Part shown: one piece after another, positions 13,844 to 27,952 of the stretch | Numbering within the stretch: position 1 is the first letter of the stretch | Layout: every line of letters begins with the position of its first letter | DNA from: the human T2T-CHM13v2.0 reference genome, Homo sapiens | Assembly (NCBI RefSeq): GCF_009914755.1 | Contig: NC_060938.1 | DNA: 64,000 nt | Direction: 5' to 3' (one strand) | Position numbers and translations under genes: made by a program | Notes under the pieces: generated by a model | Seen by the model: only the letters and a program-made list of their open reading frames with translations | Told to the model about the DNA's origin: nothing | Database searches by the model: none

Positions 13844-15016
13844 CTATGGGGATGTTTGAGTCTTTGTTGGTTTAGGCTAGACCCTTGATATTATTTAAAC
13901 ATGGTTTATTGTACATAATTAGATTCTAATTTCTGGAGAGAGAGACATTTATTTTCAGCACTGAATTGGTAATTCGAGTGAGGGTAGTTTTAAATCCAGT
14001 GTGAGCGTTATTCATGCTGTATACTAACATACTTTAGAGGTAATTGTTTCTACTGCTTTTTAGGACACAGCTTGATGAATAAAATAAATTTGGAAAAGGA
14101 GAGACACAAAATGCAGAAATATAGACCATTAAAAAGCTTATAAACCCACAACAAATACTTTAATTACATTGGATGAATGTAAATCATGAATGCCGAGCAG
14201 CTGGATGCTATGAAAATGTAAATGCAAACTAATCAGTGGAAGTAGAATAAAGCTGGAAGCCCTATAAATCAAAATATCCATTGGGGAAAATAGGGGCTGC
14301 CATCAGGCATTTTTACATAACTACATCCTGGACATTTCAGCACATATATACACATATGGAAGATAATAGAAAGATTTTGGATTGGGCATCAGCCTTAAAA
14401 TGACCCTATGGATTCTTATTTTCGTAATGTACTTGCTTGAAATATGTGCCTGATTTGATTTTTATGAAGCCACTAGCCACTGTAGCTGTTTTAATGATTT
14501 GGCTGGACCTGAAATTTAAAAATTGAGTTTTCCTGGTGGTATTCTTAACAGTATGTGAGGTGAACAAAGGGGAGAAATGGGTTTGAGAATATTCTTGATC
14601 TCATTAGCCAACCTACAATAAATGTTAGTTGAGAAAGTAATCTAAGTAAATATGAAGGTTACCAAAATTCTTGTTAGTCTTTCTTGTGTCATTTTAACTT
14701 TCAAAACAACTTCCAATTTTTTAAAACCCAAATGAGTTCTCCACTCTGAGCCACTCTCTTCAAAATTTTGATTTCCTCAGCTTTTTAACTGAAACCTTCA
14801 CCTCTCCACTGTTGGCATAAAACTCCATTTCTCTATCTCCTCTACCAGTTTTCTTGTTGCAACCAAACCTATCAGTTCTTCCTATCAGTCCCTCAGCCCT
14901 GGATGGCCATCTATAACACAGGAGAATCAAATAGCAAAACCTGTTAGATTTCTGCCTTAAAACATCCAGCACAACAAAAATCTTTCTCTGCATTTCTGCA
15001 AGTACTTAGACCACCT

Positions 15017-15195
15017 AGTGATTCTCAAACTTGGCTATACATTAGAGTCACCTGGGGAACTTCTAAAACTAGGGATGCTTGGATCCCTTCCACTAGTGAT
15101 CTTGTTATTAACCAGTCTGTTGTAGGGCCTGGGAGTTAAACATGTATTTTTGAAACTCCCTGTGTAATTCTGTTGTGCACCAGAATTAAGAAAAG
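15017..15195. mobile_element. MER5 (hAT-Charlie)
   Basis: agtgattctcaaacttggctatacattagagtcacctggggaactt. Confidence 0.8.
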
Positions 15196-15384
15196 TGCCC
15201 TGGGTCTTGTATATTACAGCCATGCTTATGAAAATTATCTGTTTGAGGAGCTTGCAGAGAAGAGAACCTTCATTTCATTCTGATTGACCCAAGAGGCTCT
15301 CTCCCGTTCAGAGGGAAAAAAATCTCTATCTTTGTCTGAGACCCAACTCTTGATCTTTGTTTGTCATCTTGAAAAGCAAGCTTT

Positions 15385-15879
15385 TGTTACAGTAGGTAGC
15401 TAGTTGGGTGTGAGCCGGGCAGGGGAGGGCTACCCTCTACACACACCAGAAGGTGATGATCAGGCTGTTAACACTCTCTGTAAAGTAATGATTGGTCACA
15501 GCTGGTACCAGCGAACTGCAGTCTCCTACTAGATAGAAAACACCTGAAACTGTTGATAAGCAGCTTCTCAATAAGATCTCAGGAGTTTGGAGAAGTAATG
15601 CAAGACTCCAGAAGTATGCCAATGTATGAAAACCCCAAGTCTAGAGGTCAAACTAGGCACTTGTCTTTCAAGTTGCTTGCTTGGCCTTCTTCCAAGTGTA
15701 CTTTCCTTCCTTTCATTCTTGCTCTAAAGCTTTTTTGTAAACTACCTCTCCTGCTCTAAAACTTGCCTCAGTCTCTCCTTCTGCCTTATGTCCCTCAAAT
15801 TCTTTCTTCTGTGGAGTGTGGGGGGCAAGAATTGAGGATGCTGTAGACCCGTACAAATACGGAATTGCCATCGCTAACA
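15385..15879 (+). mobile_element. MER66-like solo LTR (ERV1)
   Basis: tgttacagtaggtagctag...gccatcgctaaca; perfect 4-bp TSD CTTT. Confidence 0.85.
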
Positions 15880-17204
15880 CTTTGACTCCTCCTCTTAAAA
15901 TGATTTTTTCTTTCCTGCTATGCTCATCTTTAGACAGTTCCTGTAGACTCAATCATAGATGCTATCACAATCCATGCCTACTAAATTCATCTCAGTATCT
16001 ACAGACACCTACTAGCACAATGGTCTTAGGAACCTTGTTTCCTCTGAATCACTTAGTTCATAAATGTTAGTAAGGATACATGAATTGGGAATGCTTTTCA
16101 TCCCTCTTTCCTTTCAGTCCTAGCCATTAGGGTGTCAAAGTTTTTATTTAATAGCCAGGTGAATGCCTAATAACTCTCTAAATGCTAAGCTGCTGATACA
16201 TTTTGTTGGACTAAGAAGCTTACTCCTAAGATTATGAGATCTTTCTTATTATTTTGAATCTAAGTGTTTATTTAACATTGGATATTAGCAGAAAGCTTCC
16301 TCTTCTAGGGGCTAAGATGAAAATGTAGGTAAAAGAAAAAGCATCTAGCTATAAGGGAAAGCCAGGGTATTCATTTTGAAACATAATAAAACATCCAGCA
16401 CACTTGGACATGTAATAGATATTTCTATCAAAGAATGTAGAGGCATTGCTAAAACAGAAAATAATCCTTTGACCCCAAGATATGAGCCTTAAAATAAAAT
16501 TAGTCCTGAAAGAGGCCTTAATATTATCTGATTCAGTGAATTTTTTTTTTTTTCAATTGGCTCCACTAAGCTTTAGGGATTCCAGGACCCTCCTTCTGGG
16601 ACCTCTGGAGGAGGGGGCACCCAGGAGTAGCTAACGGGGTTCTAGATTCCCAGCCCTCTGTTTCAGTCAGAGTTGTTCAAAGTTGAACTTTAAGATCTAA
16701 ACATTGAGGTATCCTTTAAAAAGAATCTGGAAGACCTTCATTAAAGAGTGACAAGCTTAACTACCAAGAAAATTAGAAAACAAATCACTGTGCAAGGAGC
16801 TGTAGAAAACCTTGAGGGACTTTGCAGCACATGGCACACATAGTTCAACATCTCAAAGGAAATGATTCTGCTTCAGTAAGGGGAGAACCGCTTGTCAACT
16901 GAAGTAAGAGAACAATAGAGAAGCAAGAAAGATCTCTTGGTTTACCAAGTCCCCACTACTTTCTGATTGAGGAATCAAGGGGGTCTTCTACTTAGATTAA
17001 ATCATAAAAGGGGTTTGATTTTTAGCTCTGTCAATACAAAGAAACCTTAGAGAACAAAACTTTACCTAGAAATATTTTCTTCTTGTAACTTATAGGAACT
17101 ACACCAACTTGGCTTTTATCCTTTCCTGCTACAATAAGAATAAGCCATGGCATAAATATAAGATATGAGGGTTCTAAGTGATGCTTGTGAGACATCGCCT
17201 ATAT

Positions 17205-17377
17205 CAGGGATCAGCAAACTTTTCCTTTAAAAGACCAGAGAGTAAGTATTTCAGCTTTGCAGGCTGAGTAATCTCTATAGCAACTTTACAGTAGAAGAGT
17301 GAACGTAGCCATTGACAATAAGGAAGAGATTAGGCATGGCAGAATTTGGCTCATGGCCTATAGTTTGTTGACCTCTA
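17205..17377. mobile_element. MER58A-like (hAT-Charlie)
   Basis: Terminal inverted repeats cagggatcagcaaact / agtttgttgacctct. Confidence 0.8.
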
Positions 17378-17789
17378 ATGCACACAACAGGGCTGTTTTG
17401 TTCATTAAACTTTTCCATTTTATGCTCCAGTGAATACACAGCTGGCACCAATATTTTATAGAGGAACATGCCTCATAAATCCATAAATTTCTGACTTGCT
17501 TACCATGAGCAAGCTTAGATATGCCAGGTACGTGCTGCCTAAAACACACCATAAGTAAGGATTCACCATTAGTAAATACTACCAGGAAATTTGATTAGCA
17601 TATTTGCAAAAATATTTGACACATCACTTTTTTCTCTCCCTTCTCTGACCCTCCTCCTTTGCCATTCCCTCTTAATTTTCTTCCTCCCCATGTGGTCCCA
17701 GGGTCAGGGTGGATTGAAGATCAGCTAATAATTCTTTCCTATCCTGCTACACTGTGAGCTCTGTAAAAACCAGAGTTTTTATTTACTAA

Positions 17790-19128
17790 AAAAAGTGATT
17801 CATCTGGGATATGTGTCAGTTCCATTCAAAAGATAACACTGTTTCTTCCAGAGTAGAAGGGATATAATGTAATCAACTTTCTAACAAGTAGCTGGTTGGC
17901 CTCGTTGAGGGATAGTGTCATATCTAGAGATCAGTGTCAGATTTTGTTGTGGTCAGGTTGGACATTTGGCAGCTGCTAACTCATCCTTGATGACTGGGAG
18001 GCCATGCTGTTTGGCCCATTAGAACTTCATTTATGCAAACAACATGTCAGCACTGGAGTGGCTGATGGCAGAAGCTGGCTAATATTGTTGGGCAAGCCAG
18101 TCTTCTGTCTACCTGGCTGTTTATTGCCTCTTCCATGGGCATGTTAAATCTTACATCAGAGGAGAGTGCTTCACTTTTGATAAACTCTCCCTTATCTAAC
18201 TTTACGTTCTGCCTTTGTTGATCTAGCAATCTCAAGATTCAATCCCATTTTATGCTTTCTTAGCTCTTGTTGATACACGCTGCTTGGATCCTGCAACTTC
18301 TTCAGATTACAGTCCCATTCCTACCTTAGCCAGCCCAGTGATTCCCTGGCTATTGTTGTGACTTAACCATAGTTATTGGTTTGGTGGCAAGGAGATAAGG
18401 TGGAGATAGATCCTGAGGTTGGGAGAGGTGTGTCACATTTTCATTAAAGACAGAGATCTCAGCATCTTTTTTAAGGAAGAGGGGGAAGAATGCTAGACTT
18501 TAAGGGAGAAGATTGGGCCACTTCTGCAGTCTCAGAGGATTCAAGGGATTCTGGGGGTTCAAGATATTTGAGTACATTGATTAGCTAGTCCTACATCAAG
18601 CCTCAGCGCCTCACTGTTTCCAATCAGTGCCTTAATTTTGCCATAGCAGACTTGCTAGGGCTGAAAATTCAGCCTTCTTTGAGCACTGTTACCTTTATAG
18701 TTGATCCTAAACTTAGCCAAGGGTTATCTGCCCTTTGGCTGCAAGAGATAAAAGTTAATTTATAGAATTCCCAGAAGACCCTCTGATTTTAACACTTTGT
18801 CTTAAATTGGTGCTTAATCACCCTCAGGTTTTCTTTGTTTTTCAATGATATGGCATCAGCAACAGCTGTTTAAATTCTAGTGTCCTTATGATTACCTCCC
18901 CTGAACCTCTCAAGTACTTGAGCCATTGCAGCTGCTAATGCATTTCCTTACACAGCTATACAATCTGAGTTTAGCACTGGTGAAAATTTTAACTGAGTCA
19001 TTACAGCATGTCAGAGAACATCAGACTTGACCTACTATCAAAGATAAAAATCATTCTTGTCAGACTCACCAGGTAGGTGATCCAGCTTCAAAATGTTTCA
19101 TTGGTGTACTCTTGGCATCACTGTTCTC
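17790..19128 (-). mobile_element. Deleted ERVL (HERV16/ERV3-16A3-like) internal remnant with integrase pseudogene fragment
   Basis: Minus-strand translations EEAINSQVDR and WAKQHGLPVIKDELAAAKCPT*PQQNLTLISRYDTIPQRGQPATC*KVDYI resemble the ERVL RNaseH-integrase junction (WAQQHGLP..CPICQQ..PATWWQVDYIGP). Confidence 0.8.
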
Positions 19129-19560
19129 ATGTCTCCAGTCAGGTTTCCCAGCTAAAAAATTGTGAGATGAAGGATTGTATGCAGTAAACAGATTGGTCAT
19201 GCTTTTGGCAACAATACCTGTGAGGGAGTGAAAGATTCAGGTTTGGGAGAAGTTGAACAGCAATAGAATAATAACAAATTCTTAGCTGATTCCATGGGGA
19301 AATTCTGGCACTGGAACAGCTGTTCTTAGTTTTCTCAGATTGTGGAAAGAGAGTCAAACCTTTGTACCCTTGCACCATTCAGTAGTCAGTGAGGGAGGGG
19401 ATATAAGGGATATAACCTTAGGTTAGGCAGTTCTCTTTGAGGAAAGCTTTTGGTCGCGGGGGTTTTCAACTGTGAGCCATCGGGAGGCTAAGTCTTAGCA
19501 GCTAAGAGGAATGAGTTCTTTGATCCTGAATATAGAGGTAAGTTGTGAACCTCAGCATCT
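19129..19560 (-). mobile_element. LTR16-like ERVL LTR (5' LTR of the remnant)
   Basis: caatacctgtgagggagtg..gggagaagttgaac..gattccatggggaaattctggcactgg..cctttgtaccc. Confidence 0.7.
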
Positions 19561-19959
19561 AATTAAGTCAGTAGTAGTGTAAATGAAAAGGGGGTATATT
19601 TGGGGTATAACTTGGGAATTATAAATAATACAGTTCAGACACTGGGCTTGAGGAATTAGGGAGAGGAAAGGGTATAATGTGCTAGACTTTCAAGTTGAGT
19701 GGACTTGAAAATCCTAGAACAAAAATCTATAATTAAATCAAAAAGCCTACAGAACAGGCTTTTCTCTAATGGTTTCCAGACCAAAATATTCCAAACAACT
19801 ATGTCAAACATCTGGTCGGTAGGATGCTTTCAAGATTTTCCAACTCTTCTCTGTCACCCTTCAATTGCCGCTTCATTGTTTTTGCCCTTTTATTCTGTTA
19901 CATAACACCAGTTCCTATCTAACCCCCAAAACCCAAAGCCATGCAAATCATGACTATGC

Positions 19960-20340
19960 TTTCTAGCTTCCTCTCACACAGTCACTTAACAATTGCTGCT
20001 GATTCTACTTTGTACATCTTTCTTAAACCTAAGCTCTCTTCCCCAACTCTTGTCTCCACATCAGTGCAGACTCTTCATTTCTTACTGAGATTATTTCAAA
20101 TGTTTTTTTGTTCCCAATCTTCTTTCCTCCAATTCATTTTCCATTCTTCTTCTAGTGATTTTTTTTTCCAACTAAAAATATGCCATTCTCCTTGCTTAAA
20201 ATTATTTGGCAAGTTCCCATTACCTAAACAAAACATCCAAACTTCCTGGCATTGCATACAGGACTCTTTATCATCTCACCCCTGACTGCCTTTATCATCT
20301 CACCCCGACTGCCTTTCCCTAACAATTTTCCACTCAGCTC
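19960..20340 (+). mobile_element. L2 fragment
   Basis: Pyrimidine-rich ctccttgcttaaaa..ggcaagttcccattacc..aacatccaaacttcctggcattgcatacagg. Confidence 0.65.
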
Positions 20341-22689
20341 CAATAACACTCTACACATTGGATTTGAACGTGATGACTTGAAACAGGTTTGTACTGAAGT
20401 ATGTCTGAGTTCTGCCAGGAGTTTTTAAAGATAATTAATTGTCTTCGTCTGCAAGAAAATTCGCCCTTGAAACAAACGTGAAAAGTGCACAGAACATTTG
20501 TATCCTACAGTCAATGAGTTTCTGAAATAATCAGAATTGTATTCTAGGAGCAAGAGATGAAACATAGTACAATGACTGCAAACCTACCGATCTCTTGGAA
20601 TTTAATTTTGTGAACTTGATTTTATAGACAAGAAAGCAAAAACCTTTCAAATCATTTTTATAAAAGAAAATAGACTTTACTTACTTCTGCAGTAAAAAAA
20701 AAAAAAATAGACAGTGGGGAGGAGTAGGAAGATATGTTTGAAGCATCTTTCCAGTCCTCTTTAGGGCCTAGATGAATTTTGAAATTCAAAATATCTCCTT
20801 TTGAATATTATTTCCTCTTGTGGGATGTGCTCTGCCTCTTAAATGCATGAAATAATGTAAAAAAGTAAGTCTATCACATGTACAGGCCGGATAGGCTGCA
20901 GAATATTGGAAGTTTGTAATCATTTTTCATTACTAAAATTTACATTAAAAATCTTATTAGATAACATTAGCAATATTTCAGTACAGAATCTTAGAGAAAA
21001 TCATTTGAGTCTTTGAGTTTATTTTCATGGATCTATACATAAATATTCCTCAATGAATTGCTATCTGACCACTTCTGCTTCTCCAAAAATGGTTGGGCCA
21101 TAGGACAGGAGAATCTGAACATCGAAATGTATTCTTTATTCAATTCTGGGCACATTTTTACAATCTTTGAATGCATTTTTTAAAAATTCTAGTTATTTTC
21201 TTAAGTGGTGGGATATTAACATACACTGAAAGCTACTTGATGGGAGACTGGAGGTTCGTTTCACAATATCCTTCACAGACAATATTACATTGCCTTGAGC
21301 ATAGTAGATGTTCAATAAATAATAAATTCGTATAGATTCAAGTTTAATTATATTTCACAATGTTCTGTAGGAGATTTTTGACATTTGGATCCGCTGCAAA
21401 GCTGATCCTTCTATTCATGCAGTGCTATTATTCTTATCCCTGTGGATGCACAGAAAATATGACAACATATTTGGTATCTTTACAATTTCCCCTTAAAGTC
21501 AAAATTAGAATTCATTGTGTTGCCAAAAAAGTTCTTCCTTTAAAAAAATATAGTATTTCTACTTTATTGATAACTTGACAGGCTGCATGAAATCAAAGAA
21601 ATAGAACTATGCAATGGTATTTGAAGAAGCCCACTCAAAGAAAATTTCTATTCAAACAAGCACCCAGATTACCTAAGTAAAGATACTGAAATAGTGCATA
21701 CACTTACATAACAAACCACAGATGATGATAATTGAGGACCAGTGGTTCAGGAGAATGTGTCTGGCCATTCTCTGCCTGTAGATAGATCCAAGGTGCTGAT
21801 TAGGCTTCATGAAAGACAGCCGTTCTCCTTGAATCTTTCCTTTAACCTTAATTATGCTCCTTCAACTTGCATTTTCACTGTATTTGACTAGACAATGACA
21901 ATCTAAGCACATTTTCACAAAATGCGCAATTTCCATAGAAATTGAAAGTGCACTTGTAAATTTAAAGTTCAGCTTCTTGCTGATCATTTGATACTCTATT
22001 TCCCACATAAAGTGTCCCACTTGCTTGCGGGGCTGAGAATGACTATACTGAGACCCAAATCCCTCTTATTATAAGAAAGGACTCAGTTACTTGGAAAAAT
22101 ACCACTAAAACCTTTACTTCTTTGTGTTCTTTTTATAAAATGACCTCTATGAAATTGAGTTTTTCTTAAGTTTTATGCTCTGTACTTTGAAAGACCATGT
22201 GTAATTAAGAGTAAATTAAAACATGACAATTTTTAAAAGAACATAGCTTATTAAGGTCATGTATTAAAAATAGCATTTCAGAGAACTTAGACATTCACAC
22301 TGAATTCTCTAGAATAGGTTGCCTAAGAAAAAAGGTCTAAATTATCTGGATTTTCTTAAAAATTATTTTGCTTATAAACATAGCCATTCTTTTGCCATGA
22401 CGTGGCCACCTCATTTTCTCATCTTCTCCTTACTAGATCATATCCAGTATAGATTTAGAAATATCCATTTTTAGAATAGACTTAGAAATATCTATTAATG
22501 TAAGAAACGTGTACTTTTAATGTGCAAGTCTAACACATTAACTGTCACTGACTATGACACAAAACCTGAAATACAGTTATCTTAGAAAATATACTGTAAC
22601 TTTCCACATAAAACAGATTATTCCAGCAAAGTGTCCAGAGGTCCTTGGTTCCATCTCTGAGGCAATTCTTTAATATACTTCTAAGAAGA

Positions 22690-23990
22690 GCATTAATTAC
22701 TCATTAGGTATTTACTAAGCATTTATTCTAAACTAGGGACCATTCATAGAAGTGGATAAGACAGATGGAGTTCACATTTAATTGAAGATGGTGACTAGGT
22801 GGAACGAGATGATAAACATGACCCTTGTAGGTTGAGATATTATATAAACTAAAACAAGATAGTGTGTTAGAGTAAAAAGATGTTCGTCTTCGATTGCTGC
22901 CCAGCCAATCAACCCACACTTAGTGGGTTAAAACAGCCACAGTCATTTATTTTACTCACTAATTGCAATGTGGTCAAGACTTGACTGGGACATCACATTC
23001 CCACTCTAAATGATGTCAGTTGAGGTGCCTTTACTTGCATGGATTGCAGTTTGATACTGGCTGTTGGTAGTTCCTCTCCATGTGAGCCTCTTTACAGCAT
23101 TACTTTGGCTTCCTCATTGCATGGCAGCTGGGTCTAGGAGCACGTGTTCCAAGAGGTAAGATGGGGAATCCATGAGTCTCTGATAGCCAGAGGCTGTAAC
23201 CTAGAAAGGCATTGAATAGCAGTTTCAACTGGCTAAGCACTCGGGAGTCTGCCCTGATTCAACGGAAGGGGTTAGACCCACCTCTTGATGGAAAGAATGG
23301 CAAATGATTTAAGTTAATCTTTAGTTTATTACAGACAGCAACTGAAGGAAGTGGTCAGAAGAGAATTCTTTGAGAAGTTGACATTTCAGCTGAGATCTGA
23401 GGAGGAAAATGAAGCTTGAGGATAAAACTCATTAAACATTCAGTAATAACTATTGAATCCCTCTCACTCACAAGGCACTTTTAAACACATCAGGTATACA
23501 CGTGTAAATACAGTTTTGTATTTCTCCTGGCATGCTTATATTCAAATGACAAAGTAAAACATACACATGTAAAAGAGTAATGATAAGGCAATGTAGTAAG
23601 TGTGCCAAAGTGTTAAGTATAAAGGTATGAGATTATAGAGAAAGGAATTTTTAAATCTGCTTGGAGAAGTCAGAGATGGCTTCTTAGAGGAGGTAAATTC
23701 TGAGTTATATTTTGAAAGGTAAATTTATCAGATAGAGAAGATAAAGAGAAAGGTCAATTTTGGGAAGGGATGAGTATTTGCAGAGATGAGGCACAGGGGA
23801 AAATGGAAACTGCGTGTAAACTAAAATGGCTTGGTTAGAGGCTCAGTTATGAAGAGTGTCTGCAGCTGAGGCTGAAATGGAGGCTGTGGCTAGATCATAA
23901 AGGAACCTCAACATGTAAAGTGTAATGTGCCTGCTAAAGATTTAGGATTTTATCCTGCAGGTTAATGAAGAGCCATAGGAGTTTCAAATT
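22690..23990 (-). mobile_element. L2 fragments split by an MLT1 LTR
   Basis: tatttactaagcattta; gacatttcagctgagatctga; ggcttcttagaggagg; tttaggattttatcctgcagg. Confidence 0.65.
22885..23333 (-). mobile_element. Old MLT1 (F/G/H-like) LTR
   Basis: cttagtgggttaaaacagc..ttcctctccatgtgagcctc..ggcttcctcattgcatggcagctggg..tagacccacctcttgatgg. Confidence 0.75.
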
Positions 23991-24104
23991 CTAGTTTTAT
24001 TTTGTCATTGGAATCAATACAGCAAATATAATTATAACTAAGAATTTAAAATGTCTGATTTTCTTCTATTTTTATGTTGAGTTCTCAGCTGCAACCACCG
24101 CCCC

Positions 24105-24330
24105 TGGAACCAAAATATTTGAGTTAGAATCCTGGCACCATGACTTTCTTGGTGTGACCTTGGACAAGTCACTTAATTTCTGTGTCTCAATTTCCTCCTC
24201 TGTAGGACAGGAACAATAATAGTCCCTTTTCTTGTCGATTTATTGTAAGAATTTAAGGAAATCATTGTATGTAAAGTGTTTAGATAGACCAGCACTTGGC
24301 TTGCAGTAAACACTTAGTGCTCTTCTTACT
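24105..24330 (+). mobile_element. MIR
   Basis: gtgtgaccttggacaagtcacttaatttctgtgtctcaatttcctcctctgta. Confidence 0.85.
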
Positions 24331-27300
24331 ACACTGGTAGTTTCCTTTTGTGAGACTGTGCTGCACCGACCTCCTTACCCACTCCTTGAAGTTAAGGCAA
24401 AGTCTGCTGGAGGACCTATACCACTGAAATGGTCACCCCATGCTTCTGGGATTAAAATTACCATTGTAAAGAGTCAATTATAAATACAAATTAGAACATT
24501 TATCTATCTCTACCACATTTAACATAAACAAAGATGCTGTTTTGCCCTTTAGTAAACCTTCTGGGATGAATTATATTTTTCCAAACACCAACTCAATTTA
24601 AGCACAGCTGGTGAAATAGACAAAGAAGTAGCCAAAAAAGTCTTGTTTTTCTTTCCCTTACCTGCCCTCTTAATACTTCTTCCTCAATCCAAGTCACCTC
24701 CTATGCCTTTCTCCTGTTTCTCTGCCCCACTGCCAAGACTCCTTCCACCCCTTTCTCATGTGTATTTCCTTTCTTAGACCTAGTTAAAATCTATTAATAT
24801 CTTCAAATTAAAAAAAAGATGCCCACTGGTCCTATAGTCAGTTTCTAATTGATAGCAACTATTTTAACTTGAAGCTAAACTCTCTGTTGCCAAGTGATAC
24901 TTTTATTGTGAAGAAATCCTCATATGAAAGAGAACTTTCTTATAAAATAACCAACTTTAAAAAATGAAAAGGCATTAAAAATCCATTTCAACCCAACCAT
25001 TTCAAGTAAATGCTGACCACTAGGCTGAACTTGTGGCTAGTTTGCTGGTCATGGTTTGTGACCAGAAAGGGCTCTAAAATAATCCATGATCTTTCCTTAC
25101 TAATAGTCTCCAGTGCACATTTCTGCTGAAATGGGTGGCACACTTGCCAGAGGTGATATTCCAGGGCTGTGGCGTGCATCAGAGCTTCTCTTTTGAGGGC
25201 AGTGGCTTTTTGTTTCTCCTTGTGTTTGTATGTGTTTGTGCATGCATGCAGTTCTCAATCTCCAAGAGCCCATTGCCCTCTGACACATGCAGCAGCTGAT
25301 TGGTATGGTTAGCTAGTAGCGGCTGTTTTATAGAGTATACAATGTGTAGCAGCCGGCAGGAGTCAGATGATAAGAGAAAAAGGCATCAAAAGCCAATGCC
25401 ATCTGTATGGAGATTCAAATCATGAATTTCACCTCATTTTTTTGAAACTAGAGGCTCTATATAATGTTTTTATAGTTATATAACACTAATTAAATGCCAA
25501 CTGTAAAGTAGGCTCTGAATGGAATATTAAGAAGAAGTGACAGTCTCTGCCCGGTGGGTTGGCAACTTAAATAAGGCAAACAAAACAGTAAGTAAATTGC
25601 AAGGGGAATAGCTCACATGGATAGAAGGTAGTATTAACTGATTCCTCTTTTCACCATGAGTCCTTACACTTTTCAGACTGTTTTTTCCCCCACCCTCCGT
25701 CAGTCACCTCCATGGTATGTGTGTGCACTCCAACCTCACTCCTTGTATATTGCATAGCGAGCAAGTGCTTCAGAAGAAAGTGGCACTATTCAAGCCTGCT
25801 GGGTCTTGAAGTGCTGACATCAGCTTTCTAGGGAACACATTTTGTATTGATAAATGTCAAACCCCAAAGAACAAATTTAATTTCAGGCAAGTCCAAATTT
25901 GACTTTCCCAGACAGTGGCACAGCACCTAACATCACCAAAGAGTGTGCAGATGGAGCCTAATTATGACAGTATAGGTGTTTAATAATACTGGAAAGATTT
26001 AAAGGCACTATACTTATTGCTTATCATTAGTCATTTTGAAAATTTGTGTTGTTGTTTTTAGTTAAATCTCCCTTCGTGTTTGTTTGTTTGAATTTGAGAT
26101 GTTTGTTCAAGCAGAACTGGCACATTTATTTAATGCAAAGCAAACTGACTCGTCATATTTATTATTTAGATCAATAAAAGGACACCCTATATACTTTTTG
26201 CCAAAGGGCACAAGTACAAATCTTGAAACACTGGAGTCAGCAGCATTACAAAAATCCTATTTCAAAACCAATTCCCTCAAAATAGCCCCCTCTCAAAGAT
26301 CACCAGTTTGGAAAGTTATGCCCTAGGCTTTACAGGTCACTTGACTGAAGTTCTACCAAATTGAAAGGGAATTCCATAAGCAAATGAAAAGGTAAGACCT
26401 AAACTAGGGGTGGTTGTTTGGATATGAATATTTAATACTTTCCAGGAATGAGGGAACTTGGTTACATCTTGAAACACAGCTTTCAAAACTGTTACCTGTA
26501 TAATTAATGGGCTTTCCAAGGCTTGTCTGTAAATCCCTGGTAGTGGTTATGGTGGTAGGTATGGGAACTAGCAAGTTATGCTGAATTAGCTTAATGTCTA
26601 ATACATCAAATTAGACCTCTTTTGGGGCATGAAAAATTAACACAGAAAACATTACATCTGAAACAAAGAAACCAAAAAGTAGCCAACACTGGAAAAAGGG
26701 AGCAGAAGATGGTAGGGACTCCCTGTCCTTGTGCACGGGGTTCTTACAGGAATGTTAAATTATGATCACAGGTTTTTCTTTACTGCACCTCAGGCATATG
26801 TCACATGTAAGAGTTATAATCAAGGGCCATGGAGGTGACCCTTTCCACCCCTTATATTTTCAGTTCCATGACCCTCTTAAGTCACTTGCTTCCTTGACCA
26901 TTCTGTAGCATTTTTTTTTTCTGACTTGAAATAGAATTCCACAGTGCCATTTCTTTACCAATAACTGCCTCATCCTTAAAAACATATGTTCACATTTCTC
27001 TCCTTCAACTTGCTCACCCCTTTATTCCTTTTGGGAGTGTGCCTCAGCCTCAAGACCTCTTTTCCTTGACTCTTGCTTGGGCTTCCTTTCTCATTTCTAC
27101 CTGTCTGCAAAACTACTCATTCCCTGCGGATTTTCCCTCAGCACCTTAAACATGCCTAAGCTTGCTTATCTCATAGACAAAAAAATCCTCTCAATATTAT
27201 GCACATCCCCAGGTGTTACATTTCCCATCCTTCCCAAACTAGTATCTTGAAAGAGTCACCTACATGTAATATATCTACCTTCCTCCCTCTTTCAACCATT

Positions 27301-27651
27301 TCCATGCTCCACTGGAATTGTTCTCTGGCCAAAGTCATTGACATTTTTTAGAGACTAAGAGGCATTAATCTGAAAGTTTTCTACCTTATGCTGATAGCTC
27401 TGCTGTTCTATTTGATGTGGTCTGCATATCGGCATCATCAGTGTCTGTGGAAGTAGTAAGCAGCCCTATTAAAAGGAGAACTAACTGCAAACACTAGGGC
27501 CTCTGGAAGGCTCTCCTGGCTCTCTCCTGGACAGGTGACCCTCCCTGGACAGCACATTCTGTTCACCTGCCCAGCCTTCAGACCAGCTCCTCTCTACTGC
27601 TCTGCTGGCTCTGCATAGGTCACAACCTTCATTTTAACCATCATGGCATTT

Positions 27652-27952
27652 TATTTTTTATTATTAACTTTTTAGACAGGGACTCACTCTGTCACCCAGG
27701 CTGGAGTGTGGTGGTACAAACTTGGCTCACTGCAACCTCTGCCTCTTGGGCTTAAGCAATCCTACCCCATCACCCTCCTGAGTAGCTTGGACTACAGGTG
27801 TGTACCATCATGCCCAGCTTATTTTTATAATTTTTGGAGACCGGGTTTTGCCACATTGCCCAGGCTGGTCTCGAACTCCTGAGCTCAAGCAATACACTCA
27901 CTTCAGCCTCCCAAAATGTTGGGATTACAGGAGTGAGCCACCATGTCTGGCC
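27652..27952 (-). mobile_element. AluJ
   Basis: agacagggactcactctgtcacccagg...gagccaccatgtctggcc; gggcttaagcaatcct J-type; TSD-like atggcattt/atagcattt. Confidence 0.9.

Noticed and set aside
22398-22405. Perfect UPRE-like TGACGTGG
   Set aside because: A single 8-mer with no supporting context; can occur by chance in 64 kb
26336-26390. AG...AAG|GTAAGA-bounded 55-nt segment
   Set aside because: Stop codons in all three frames and a weak polypyrimidine tract
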